A stretch of DNA of 64,000 nucleotides from Bdellovibrionales bacterium (lineage in GTDB: Bacteria; Bdellovibrionota; Bdellovibrionia; Bdellovibrionales; UBA1609). The translations under genes were made by a program, and so were the position numbers. The notes beneath the pieces are model-generated. The model ran no database searches. It saw only the letters and a list, made by a program, of their open reading frames with translations, and was not told the DNA's origin. Location of the stretch: assembly GCA_965237565.1 (NCBI GenBank), contig OZ250145.1, positions 955,529 to 1,019,528 of the forward strand, read 5' to 3'. This document shows positions 27,871 to 36,579 of this stretch, piece by piece; positions within the stretch are counted from its first letter, which is position 1, and each line of letters starts with the position of its first letter.

Positions 27871-28968
27871 ATGGATATATGTAAAGAAAATTTTAGTAAA
27901 AATAAATTTCCAAGTCGTTTTTACTGTCTAGATGTTCTTCGATTTTTCTCCATTCTCAATATTATATATTATCACTTGTGTGAGATATTTTTTCACAACA
28001 ATTTTCTACTGCCCATAACCGGCAACATGATAAATATTCATAGAGCTTTTTTGGTGCTAAATATCTTCATACTTATTGCTTTCCCACCTTTTTTTTATGG
28101 CTTGAAACCAAGCTCTAAAGATCGGTGGAAGAAACTCATCGCCCTTATACTCCTAGGGCATATTGTTTTGTTCTTTTCTTATTCAGGAACCCTTGGAACT
28201 TTTTACACTAGCTGGGATATTTTTACGTTTTTGAGTGTAAGTACTTTTTCTCTTTATTTGATAAAGAGATTTAAAAAACTTATTGTTCTCTCTTTTTGCA
28301 TGGGATTCATACTTTTATGGATGCCCATCTGGAAATGGATACTACCAGGGCCTTCTTACTTAAAAGGTATATTGGTGGGGAGTTGTGTTGAAGCAGGTCA
28401 TTCTGAGTACATTGTGTTTCCAATATTCCCTTGGATTGGGCTAATATGGTTTTGCTATGGTTTGGGAACTTGGGTTGGAAAAAAAGCTTTGGCTATTCTA
28501 TCGACTTGGCAAGTCAAAGAAATTTTTATCTGGCTTTTCTTATTTATAATAGCTTTCCCCCAATGGGGAGGCTATTATCAGAAACCATTTGAGGTAGAGA
28601 TTTACTGTCTTGCCCTTACACGAGATCCAATTATTTTTTGGAGTCATTTTATTATTATCTTATTTTTTATTCGCATATCACTTCTCTCTAGAGTAAATAC
28701 TTTTTTTTCTCAAATGAAGATTGTGCACTGGCTTTGCTCTCTATCATGGGTAAGACGTTTTGGAATATGTTACATCACACATTTTGTTTTTCTATTTTTG
28801 TACCAAAGGCTTTTTTCTGTTTTGGGTCTATATGGAAACAATCATTTTTTTGAATTTGCTGAGTTATATTTACTTATTGGTGTAATGCAAGCTCTCATCC
28901 TTACGGAATTTTCGGTGCGAGTGGGCAGTTACCTTAAAGAAAGAATCATCTCGCAACATAGATGCTGA
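27871..28968 (+). CDS. Polytopic membrane protein, acyltransferase-3 / DUF1624-like
   Basis: About 10 hydrophobic segments. The N-terminal 'RFYCLDVLRFFSILNIIYYH' resembles the R..lD.lR......v..H opening of the AT3/heparan-N-acetyltransferase-like families. Confidence 0.5.
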   Translation: MDICKENFSKNKFPSRFYCLDVLRFFSILNIIYYHLCEIFFHNNFLLPITGNMINIHRAFLVLNIFILIAFPPFFYGLKPSSKDRWKKLIALILLGHIVLFFSYSGTLGTFYTSWDIFTFLSVSTFSLYLIKRFKKLIVLSFCMGFILLWMPIWKWILPGPSYLKGILVGSCVEAGHSEYIVFPIFPWIGLIWFCYGLGTWVGKKALAILSTWQVKEIFIWLFLFIIAFPQWGGYYQKPFEVEIYCLALTRDPIIFWSHFIIILFFIRISLLSRVNTFFSQMKIVHWLCSLSWVRRFGICYITHFVFLFLYQRLFSVLGLYGNNHFFEFAELYLLIGVMQALILTEFSVRVGSYLKERIISQHRC

Positions 28969-29076
28969 CGGACTTTAAGGCTTGTTCTTATTGACCAAAT
29001 AAAGTAGTGTCGTGGGTGAATAATATTAAAAAAATGCCTAGGATCATACTTTTTCTTTTGAAAGGAAAAAAAATCA

Positions 29077-29760
29077 ATGAAACAGATAGAAAATAAAAAA
29101 GAGTTCATGTTCATTACTTTTCTTCTAGCTTTTTGTAGCTTATTTTATGAACTCATTTTTTCTCAATTGATATCTATCTTTATTGGAAGTGTTATTTTCA
29201 GTTATAGTTTGGGAATTGGAGTTTTTATCCTAGGCTTGGGTTTGGGAGCTTTTTTGTGTGATAGGTTAACGGATAAGTCAAAGTATATTGAGCAACTTTT
29301 TTATATTGAGATAGCCTTAGCTATTTACGCACTTATTGGGCTGTATGTGGGGATTATTTTGGCACAAGTGACAACATTTTATCCTACAACACTTAGATAC
29401 ATTATTTTCTTTATACCCATTTTAGCTGTGGGAATTGTCTCTGGGCTGGAATTACCATTACTAATGAAAATAAGAAATAAGATTGAAGAAAAATTTTATG
29501 TCTTGGGATTTGATTTTGTAGGCATGTTTGTTGCATCTTTACTATTTCCTATATTTTTTTTCACATTGGGACTTTTTAAAGCAGCTACCACTATCGCTAT
29601 TATCAATCTTCTAGCTGCCTATAGGCTTGCTCCTTTTAAAAAATTTGGTAAAGAAAAATTGATCGTTATATTTTTGCTCCTTATTGCTACTCTTTTATGG
29701 TTGTTTGATTCTCATTTGATTCCTTTACGAGAATACCTATTTTTAGGAACGAGGGCGTGA
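29077..29760 (+). CDS. Membrane-only homologue of the N-terminal domain of the downstream fused membrane/spermidine-synthase-like proteins
   Basis: 'FCSLFYELIFSQLISIFIGSVIFSYSLGIGVFILGLGLGAF' parallels 'FCSMSYQLLMARALAETTGHHILSYSASFGFFLLGMGIGG' of the paralogues. Its stop overlaps the GTG start of the next gene (gcGTGA). Confidence 0.65.
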   Translation: MKQIENKKEFMFITFLLAFCSLFYELIFSQLISIFIGSVIFSYSLGIGVFILGLGLGAFLCDRLTDKSKYIEQLFYIEIALAIYALIGLYVGIILAQVTTFYPTTLRYIIFFIPILAVGIVSGLELPLLMKIRNKIEEKFYVLGFDFVGMFVASLLFPIFFFTLGLFKAATTIAIINLLAAYRLAPFKKFGKEKLIVIFLLLIATLLWLFDSHLIPLREYLFLGTRA

Positions 29761-31427
29761 TTTTTCTAAGAGTATTATTCTTAGCATTTTGTAGTATGAG
29801 CTACCAACTCTTAATGGCCAGAGCTTTAGCCGAAACAACAGGTCATCATATACTTAGTTATAGTGCCTCTTTTGGTTTCTTTTTGCTTGGGATGGGAATT
29901 GGTGGAATTTATTATACCAAATCCTTGATTCGAAAATCTCCACTCAAGGTCTTTTTTTATACGGAAATTTTATTAGCTCTTTTAGGTGGTTTGGCTGTTG
30001 TTTTTATCTTTTTTTCACATACTTTGCTAAATCTTTGGTTTTTTTCAGACATGAATAACTTCTTTTCAGAACGGATAAAGGATTTTCTCTTTATCTTTTT
30101 TTCACAAATTTTTCTTTTTCTTGTTGGCTTTCTTTCCGGCTTTGAGCTTCCCATTTGGTTGAAATTAGCAGAAGCAAGAAAAAATTCCCAAGGAATTTTA
30201 AACAAGACTGGAGCTTTATTGGCAGCTAGCTACATGGGAGGTTTTGCTGGAAGCTTGTTACTTACACTTTTGATTGCGCCGATTTTTGGACTCATCAGTT
30301 CTTGTATATTAATTGGTTTTATAAATGTAATTGTTTTGATTGAGACTTTTGTTTCTTATAAAAATCTTTCTTTAAAAAAAAGTTTTGCTATTTTGGCATC
30401 TATATTTGTTATTTATACAGGTGGGTTTTGGCAAAAAGAGATTTTGCAAATTAATTTAAAATCTTCTTATTTACAAGTGGGTTTGTCGGAATTTAGTTTT
30501 AATGCGGCAAAAGATTTTTTTTCTTTATCTCATCATTATGGAGAAGTTTTAAGAATCCGTACTCCTTATCAAAATGTTGATATTTTGCTTTCCAATTTTT
30601 TAAAAAATCCCGTTCATAATTCTTTTACATTCAGTGGATCTGGAATTGTTCTTTTTCTGAATAGATTTACACAGTTTGAAGAAAAATTTTGGTTAATCTA
30701 TCATGAAATGCTTGCGATTGGAGGGGTACTTTTGGCGGATAAAGAACCTAAAAATGTCTTAGTTTTAGGTGGAGGGGATGGGCTACTCATCTCACAGATG
30801 TTAAAGCTTTATAAGGGGATTAAAAAAATCACCCAAGTTGATATTGATTCCGCCTTAATTAAAGTAGGAAGGTATTATAGGCCCATAAATGTCGTGAACC
30901 AAGAAGCTTTGTCGAGTCATAAATTAACTACTATTATAGGTGATGCCTTTGAGTATGTGAGCAAATCCAAAAGCACCTATGATGCTATTTTTATAGATAT
31001 ACCTTTTCCATATACCTTTGATTTGTCTAGGCTCTATAGCTTTGAATTTTATAAAAATCTTAGCCATCTTTTAGAAGAAGATGGTTTTGTTGTAACAGAT
31101 TCTCCTACCAAAGAGTGTTTGAAAACATCTTTATTTGTTGAGAAAATACTTCAGCTGTCTGATTCTCCAATGAATATTCTTTATAACACCCTAACTTATG
31201 CTGGTTACAAAACAGTTATTCCTTATGGTACAACAGAACCATGCATGCTATTTTTTCAAAAAATAAAACGAGATAAGGTTAATTTTAGTAAAGAAGAGAT
31301 TGAGAAATATCCGCTATCTAAGATAGGAAAAAGAAATTTAGTTATAAATAAAGATGTAAAAAAAGATGTTAAAATTAAGAAAAAGTATATTAATTCTGTT
31401 TTTAAACCTACGCTATTCAGATATTAG
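29757..31427 (+). CDS. Fused polytopic membrane / spermidine-synthase-like protein, paralogue 1
   Basis: About 7-8 TM segments, then 'VLVLGGGDGLLISQML...ITQVDIDSALI...IIGDAFEYV...YDAIFIDIPFPYTFDLSRLYSFEFY' (SpeE-fold motifs). Confidence 0.75.
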   Translation: MIFLRVLFLAFCSMSYQLLMARALAETTGHHILSYSASFGFFLLGMGIGGIYYTKSLIRKSPLKVFFYTEILLALLGGLAVVFIFFSHTLLNLWFFSDMNNFFSERIKDFLFIFFSQIFLFLVGFLSGFELPIWLKLAEARKNSQGILNKTGALLAASYMGGFAGSLLLTLLIAPIFGLISSCILIGFINVIVLIETFVSYKNLSLKKSFAILASIFVIYTGGFWQKEILQINLKSSYLQVGLSEFSFNAAKDFFSLSHHYGEVLRIRTPYQNVDILLSNFLKNPVHNSFTFSGSGIVLFLNRFTQFEEKFWLIYHEMLAIGGVLLADKEPKNVLVLGGGDGLLISQMLKLYKGIKKITQVDIDSALIKVGRYYRPINVVNQEALSSHKLTTIIGDAFEYVSKSKSTYDAIFIDIPFPYTFDLSRLYSFEFYKNLSHLLEEDGFVVTDSPTKECLKTSLFVEKILQLSDSPMNILYNTLTYAGYKTVIPYGTTEPCMLFFQKIKRDKVNFSKEEIEKYPLSKIGKRNLVINKDVKKDVKIKKKYINSVFKPTLFRY

Positions 31428-31453
31428 ATTAAACTTATTTTTGGGAATTGCCG

Positions 31454-33178
31454 GTGATTTTTGTAAGAATTTTCATTTTGTCTTTTTGTAGTATGAGTTA
31501 TCAACTTCTGATGGCTAGATCTTTAGCTGAAATAACACAACATCATATATTTGGTTATAGTATTTCCTTTGGCTTCTTTTTGCTTGGGATGGGAATTGGT
31601 GGAATTTATTATGCCAAATCTTTGATTCAAAAATCTCCACTCAAGGTCTTTTTTTCTACTGAAATTTTCTTAGCTCTTTTAGGTGGTTTAGCTGTTTTTT
31701 TTATCTTTTTTTCACATACTTTGCTAAATCTATTGGTTTTTTCAGACATGAATAACTTCTTTTCTGGAAATGCAAAAGATTTTATCTTTATCTTTTTTTC
31801 ACAAAGTTTTCTTTTTCTTATTGGCTTTTTTTCCGGCTTTGAGCTTCCCATTTGGTTGAAATTAGCAGAAGCAAGAAAAAATTCCCAAGGAATTTTAAAC
31901 AAAACTGGAGCTTTATTGGCAGCTAGCTACATGGGAGGTTTTGCTGGAAGTTTGTTACTTACACTTTTGATTGCACCAATTTTTGGACTCATCAGCTCTT
32001 GTATATTGATTGGGTTTATAAATGTAATTATTTTGATTGAGACTTTTGTTTCTTATAAAAATCTTTCTTTAAAAAAAAGTTTTGCCATTTTGGTATCTAT
32101 ATTTTTCCTTTATATGGGAAATTATTGGCAAAAAGAGATTTTGCAAATGAATTTGAAATCTTATTATTTGCGGGTGGGTTTGTCGGAGTTTAGTTTTAAG
32201 GCAGCAAAAGATTTTTTTTCTTTGTTGGATGATTATAATGAAATTTTAAGAGTTCGGACTACTTATCAAAATGTAGACATTATACTTTTCAATTTTTTAA
32301 GAAATTCCTCTCAACGGAATTTTCCATTTAGAGATCGTACTCTCCATCTTTTTCTGAATAGGTTTCATCAATTTGAATTTTCCCTAGACAAATTCAATCG
32401 AGAAAGCTGGGTACGAGAAAACTGGGTACGAGAAAGCTGGGTAGATTATTATGATACTTCATTGGTTGGAGGAGCTATTTTAGCAGGTGGAGAACCTAAA
32501 AATATTTTGATTGTAGGGGCAGGAGGACATAGTTTAGGGCTCCCACGAGTTCTAAAATTTTATAAGGGAGTTAGAAAAATTACATTATTGGATATTGATC
32601 CCTTCATGATCAAAATAGGAAGATCCTATAAACCCATAAGTAGTTTGAACCCAAAAGACCTTCTGAAGCATAAACTGAATATTATCATAGATGATGCTTT
32701 TGACTACGTGAGCAAAACCATGGATACTTATGATGCTGTGTTTATACAATTCCCCTCTCCATACACTTTTGATTTATCTAGGCTTTATAGCTTTGAATTT
32801 TATAAAAATCTCAGTCATCTTCTAGAGGAAGATGGTTTTATTTTGATGGATGCTCGTTCGATTGAGTGTGGGAAGGCAGCTTTATTTAATGAAGAAGGAT
32901 TTCAGTTTTCTGGTTCTCCGGTTAATATTTTGTATAGCACACTAACTTATGCTGGTTACAACACAATTATCATTTACGGTAGGACAAGGTCGTGTCTTTT
33001 ATTTGCTCAAAAAATAAAGCGAGATGAAATTAGTTTTAAGAAAAAAGCAATGAAAAAATATCCCTTATCTAAGAGAAGAGAAAAAGAGTTGGTTATAAAT
33101 AAAGATATAAAAAAAAGTATTGAAATCAAGCGAAAGTATATCAACTCCGTTTTCAAGCCCACATTCTTCAGATACTAA
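31454..33178 (+). CDS. Fused membrane / spermidine-synthase-like protein, paralogue 2 (degenerate cofactor motif)
   Basis: Same architecture, but GGGDG is replaced by 'GAGGHSLG' and 'FIDIP' by 'FIQFP'. It carries a 'RESWVRENWVRESWV' insertion. I prefer GTG 31454 (MIFVRIF..., matching its siblings) over TTG 31448. Confidence 0.7.
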   Translation: MIFVRIFILSFCSMSYQLLMARSLAEITQHHIFGYSISFGFFLLGMGIGGIYYAKSLIQKSPLKVFFSTEIFLALLGGLAVFFIFFSHTLLNLLVFSDMNNFFSGNAKDFIFIFFSQSFLFLIGFFSGFELPIWLKLAEARKNSQGILNKTGALLAASYMGGFAGSLLLTLLIAPIFGLISSCILIGFINVIILIETFVSYKNLSLKKSFAILVSIFFLYMGNYWQKEILQMNLKSYYLRVGLSEFSFKAAKDFFSLLDDYNEILRVRTTYQNVDIILFNFLRNSSQRNFPFRDRTLHLFLNRFHQFEFSLDKFNRESWVRENWVRESWVDYYDTSLVGGAILAGGEPKNILIVGAGGHSLGLPRVLKFYKGVRKITLLDIDPFMIKIGRSYKPISSLNPKDLLKHKLNIIIDDAFDYVSKTMDTYDAVFIQFPSPYTFDLSRLYSFEFYKNLSHLLEEDGFILMDARSIECGKAALFNEEGFQFSGSPVNILYSTLTYAGYNTIIIYGRTRSCLLFAQKIKRDEISFKKKAMKKYPLSKRREKELVINKDIKKSIEIKRKYINSVFKPTFFRY

Positions 33179-33204
33179 GTGAAATTGATTGTTGAGAATT
33201 ACTA

Positions 33205-34875
33205 ATGATTTTTATAAGAATTTTCATTTTGTCTTTTTGTAGTATGAGTTATCAACTCCTGATGGCCAGATCTTTGGCCGAAACAACAAGCTATTATATA
33301 TTTAGCTATAGCGTATCCTTTGGCTTCTTTTTGCTTGGGATGGGAATTGGTGGAATTTATTATGCCAAATCTTTGATTCAAAAATCTCCACTCAAGGTCT
33401 TTTTTTATATTGAAATTTTCTTAGCTCTTTTAGGTGGTTTAGCTGTTTTTTTTATCTTTTTTTCACATACTTTTCTGAATTTATTGTTTTTTTCAGACAT
33501 GAATAACTTCTTTTCTGGAATTGCAAGAGATTTTCTCTTTATACTGGTTTCACAAATTTTTCTTTTTCTTGTTGGCTTTTTTTCTGGTTTTGAACTTCCT
33601 ATTTGGTTAAAATTGGCAGAAATAAAAAAAGATTCTAAAGCAATATTATACAAAACTGGAGCTTTACTGGGAGCTAGCTACATGGGAGGTTTTGCTGGAA
33701 GCTTGTTAATCACACTTTTGATTGTGCCAATTTTTGGTCTACTCAATGCCTGTGTACTGATTGGTTTGATAAACTTAATAGTTTTGATTGAGACTTTTGT
33801 TTCTTATAAAAGTCTTTCTTTAAAAAAAAGTTTTGCTATTTTGGCATCTATATTCTTGCTTTACGCAGGGAATTTTTGGCAAAAAGAGATTTTGCAAATG
33901 AATTTAAAATCTTCTTATTTAGAATTAGGTTTGTCGGAATTTAGCTTTAAAGCAGCGAAAGATTTTTTGTCCTTATCTCATGATTATGAGGAAATTTTAA
34001 GAGTCCGTACTCCTTACCAAAATATTGATATTATGCCCTCCAACTTTTTAAAAAATTCCAAGCGATTAGGATTTTCATTTAGTGAATATGGAATCGTTCT
34101 TTTTTTGAATAGATTTTGGCAGTTCCATCAAGCATTTTGGGTATCCAACCATGAAGCTCAGGTGGTTGGAGGAACTCTTTTGGCGGGTAAAGAACCTAAA
34201 AATATTTTAATTTTGGGTGGAGGGGATGGATTGATGATCTCACAGATGTTAAAGTTTTATAAGGGAATCAAAAAAATTACACAAATCGATATTGATTCTG
34301 TCTTAATTAAGGTAGGAAGATATTATAGGCCCATAAGTGCCGTGAGCAAGGAAGCTCTTTTGAGCAATAAATTAACTACTATTATAGGTGATGGGTTTGA
34401 ATATGTGAGCAAATCCAAAAGCACTTATGATGCTGTTTTTATAGATGTACCCATGCCATATACTTTTGATTTGTCTAGACTTTATAGTTTTGAATTTTAT
34501 AAAAATCTTGGTCATATTTTAGAAGAAGATGGATTTGTTGTGATGGATTCTCCTTTGAAAGGATGTCAGAAAATATTTTTATTCGGTGGAACAATGTTTG
34601 AACTAGCTGGTTCTCCAGCTAATATTTTGTATAGCACTTTAACTTATGCAGGTTACAAAACAATTATTGCTTATGGAATGAATTATACATGTATACTATT
34701 TTTTCAAAAAATAAAACGAGATAAAATTGAGTTTACTAAAACAGAAATTGAAAAATATTCTTTATCCAAAGGAGGGAAAAGAGAGTTGCTTATACATAAA
34801 GATGTAGAAAAGAATATTAAAATTAAACAAAAATACATCAATTCTGTTTTTAAGCCTACGCTATTCAGATACTAG
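33205..34875 (+). CDS. Fused membrane / spermidine-synthase-like protein, paralogue 3
   Basis: 'ILILGGGDGLMISQML', 'ITQIDIDSVLI', 'YDAVFIDVPMPYTFDLSRLYSFEFY'. Confidence 0.75.
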   Translation: MIFIRIFILSFCSMSYQLLMARSLAETTSYYIFSYSVSFGFFLLGMGIGGIYYAKSLIQKSPLKVFFYIEIFLALLGGLAVFFIFFSHTFLNLLFFSDMNNFFSGIARDFLFILVSQIFLFLVGFFSGFELPIWLKLAEIKKDSKAILYKTGALLGASYMGGFAGSLLITLLIVPIFGLLNACVLIGLINLIVLIETFVSYKSLSLKKSFAILASIFLLYAGNFWQKEILQMNLKSSYLELGLSEFSFKAAKDFLSLSHDYEEILRVRTPYQNIDIMPSNFLKNSKRLGFSFSEYGIVLFLNRFWQFHQAFWVSNHEAQVVGGTLLAGKEPKNILILGGGDGLMISQMLKFYKGIKKITQIDIDSVLIKVGRYYRPISAVSKEALLSNKLTTIIGDGFEYVSKSKSTYDAVFIDVPMPYTFDLSRLYSFEFYKNLGHILEEDGFVVMDSPLKGCQKIFLFGGTMFELAGSPANILYSTLTYAGYKTIIAYGMNYTCILFFQKIKRDKIEFTKTEIEKYSLSKGGKRELLIHKDVEKNIKIKQKYINSVFKPTLFRY

Positions 34876-34901
34876 CTCAAATTGATTCTTAGGGAGGACC
34901 A

Positions 34902-36569
34902 ATGATTTTTGTAAGAATTTTCATTCTGTCTTTTTGCAGTATGAGCTATCAATTTTTGATGGCTAGATCTTTAGCTGAGACAACAGGTCACTATATACTT
35001 AGTTACAGTGTCTCATTTGGTTTTTTTTTATTGGGGATGGGAATTGGTGGAATTTATTATGCCAAATCCCTGATTCGAGAGCCTCCACTCAAGGTCTTTT
35101 TTTATATTGAAATTTTGTTGGCTCTTCTAGGTGGTCTGGCTGTTTTTTTTATCTTTTTTTCACATACTTTGTTAAATCTTTGGTTTTTTTCGGATATAAA
35201 TAACTTATTTTCAGGGCAGGTAAAAGATTTTATTTTTATCTTTTTTTCACAAATTATTCTTTTTTTTGTTGGTTTCCTTTCTGGATTTGAACTTCCTATC
35301 TGGTTAAGATTGACAAAAATGAAAAAAAATATCAATGGGGCTTTGTATGAAACTGGAGCTTTATTGGCAGCTAGCTGCATGGGAGGTTTTGTTGGAAGCT
35401 TGTTAATTACCCTTTTAATTGTGCCAATTTTTGGTCTGATTCATTCTTGCATACTGATTGGTTTTATAAACCTAATTATTTTGATGGAATCTTTTGGTTT
35501 TTATAAAAATCTTTCCTTAAAAAAAAGTTTTGCTATTTTAGTATCTATATTTATACTTTACACAGGGAATTTTTGGCAAAAAGAGATTTTGCAAATTAAT
35601 TTAAAATCTTCTTATTTGCGAGTGGGTTTGTCGGAATTTAGTTTTAAAGCAGCGAGAGATTTTTTTTCTTTGTTGGATAATTACAATCAAGTATTAAGAG
35701 TTCGGACTTCTTATCAAAATGGCGATATTATGCTTTCAAATTTTTTAAGAAATTTTGCTCAATCGAGTTTTCCATTTCATAATCATGGAGTCACTCTTTT
35801 CCTGAATAGATTTTGGCAATTTGATCAAGTATTTTGGCTATCCTACCATGAAGCTGAAGCAGTTGGAGGGGCTCTTTTGGCAGGAAAAGAGCCCAAAAAT
35901 ATCTTAATTTTAGGTGGAGGAGAAGGGTTGTTAATTTCACAGATTCTAAAATTTTATAAAGGAATCAAAAAAATTACACAAGTGGAGATTGATCCTATTA
36001 TGATGAAAGTAGGAAGATACTATAAACCTGTCAGTACTGTGAGCCAAGGAGCTCTTTTAAATCACAAATTGAATACTATTCTAGGGGATGGTTTTGAATA
36101 TGTAAGCAAAGCCAAAAGCACCTATGATGCTATTTTTGTTGATGTTCCTTTTCCATATACTTTTGATTTGTCTAGACTCTATAGCCTTGAATTTTATAAA
36201 AATCTTAGCCATCTTTTAAAAGAAGATGCTTTTGTTGTCATAGATTCTCCTTTAAAGGAATGCGAGAGAGAAATTTTTGGGGAAGAGGCAACTCAATTAG
36301 CTGGTTCTCCAGCTAATATTTTATATAGTACCTTAACTTATGCTGGTTACAAAACAATTATTGCTTATGGAATGAATGATACATGTATATTATTTTTTCA
36401 AAAAATAAAGCGAGATGAAGTTAGTTTTAGAGAAGAAGAGCTAAAAAAATATCCCATATCTAAAGAAACAAGAAAGATGCTCACCATAAACAAAGAGATA
36501 GAAAAAAATATTAAAATTAAACGAAAATATATCAATTCTGTTTTTAAACCTACGCTATTCAGGTACTGA
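34902..36569 (+). CDS. Fused membrane / spermidine-synthase-like protein, paralogue 4
   Basis: 'ILILGGGEGLLISQIL', 'ITQVEIDPIMM', 'YDAIFVDVPFPYTFDLSRLYSLEFY'. Confidence 0.75.
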   Translation: MIFVRIFILSFCSMSYQFLMARSLAETTGHYILSYSVSFGFFLLGMGIGGIYYAKSLIREPPLKVFFYIEILLALLGGLAVFFIFFSHTLLNLWFFSDINNLFSGQVKDFIFIFFSQIILFFVGFLSGFELPIWLRLTKMKKNINGALYETGALLAASCMGGFVGSLLITLLIVPIFGLIHSCILIGFINLIILMESFGFYKNLSLKKSFAILVSIFILYTGNFWQKEILQINLKSSYLRVGLSEFSFKAARDFFSLLDNYNQVLRVRTSYQNGDIMLSNFLRNFAQSSFPFHNHGVTLFLNRFWQFDQVFWLSYHEAEAVGGALLAGKEPKNILILGGGEGLLISQILKFYKGIKKITQVEIDPIMMKVGRYYKPVSTVSQGALLNHKLNTILGDGFEYVSKAKSTYDAIFVDVPFPYTFDLSRLYSLEFYKNLSHLLKEDAFVVIDSPLKECEREIFGEEATQLAGSPANILYSTLTYAGYKTIIAYGMNDTCILFFQKIKRDEVSFREEELKKYPISKETRKMLTINKEIEKNIKIKRKYINSVFKPTLFRY

Positions 36570-36579
36570 AAATCTTTTT

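Noticed and set aside
29957-35380. Four conserved antisense ORFs of 82-92 aa (29957..30205, 31627..31902, 33405..33653, 35102..35380), one inside each SpeE-like paralogue. All are Lys-rich ('...KKIKKTAKPPKRAKKISI').
   Set aside because: They are the reverse-complement reading of Phe/Leu-rich TM-helix codons (TTT/TTC read as AAA/GAA). Their conservation follows from conservation of the sense genes. They have no independent start or RBS context.
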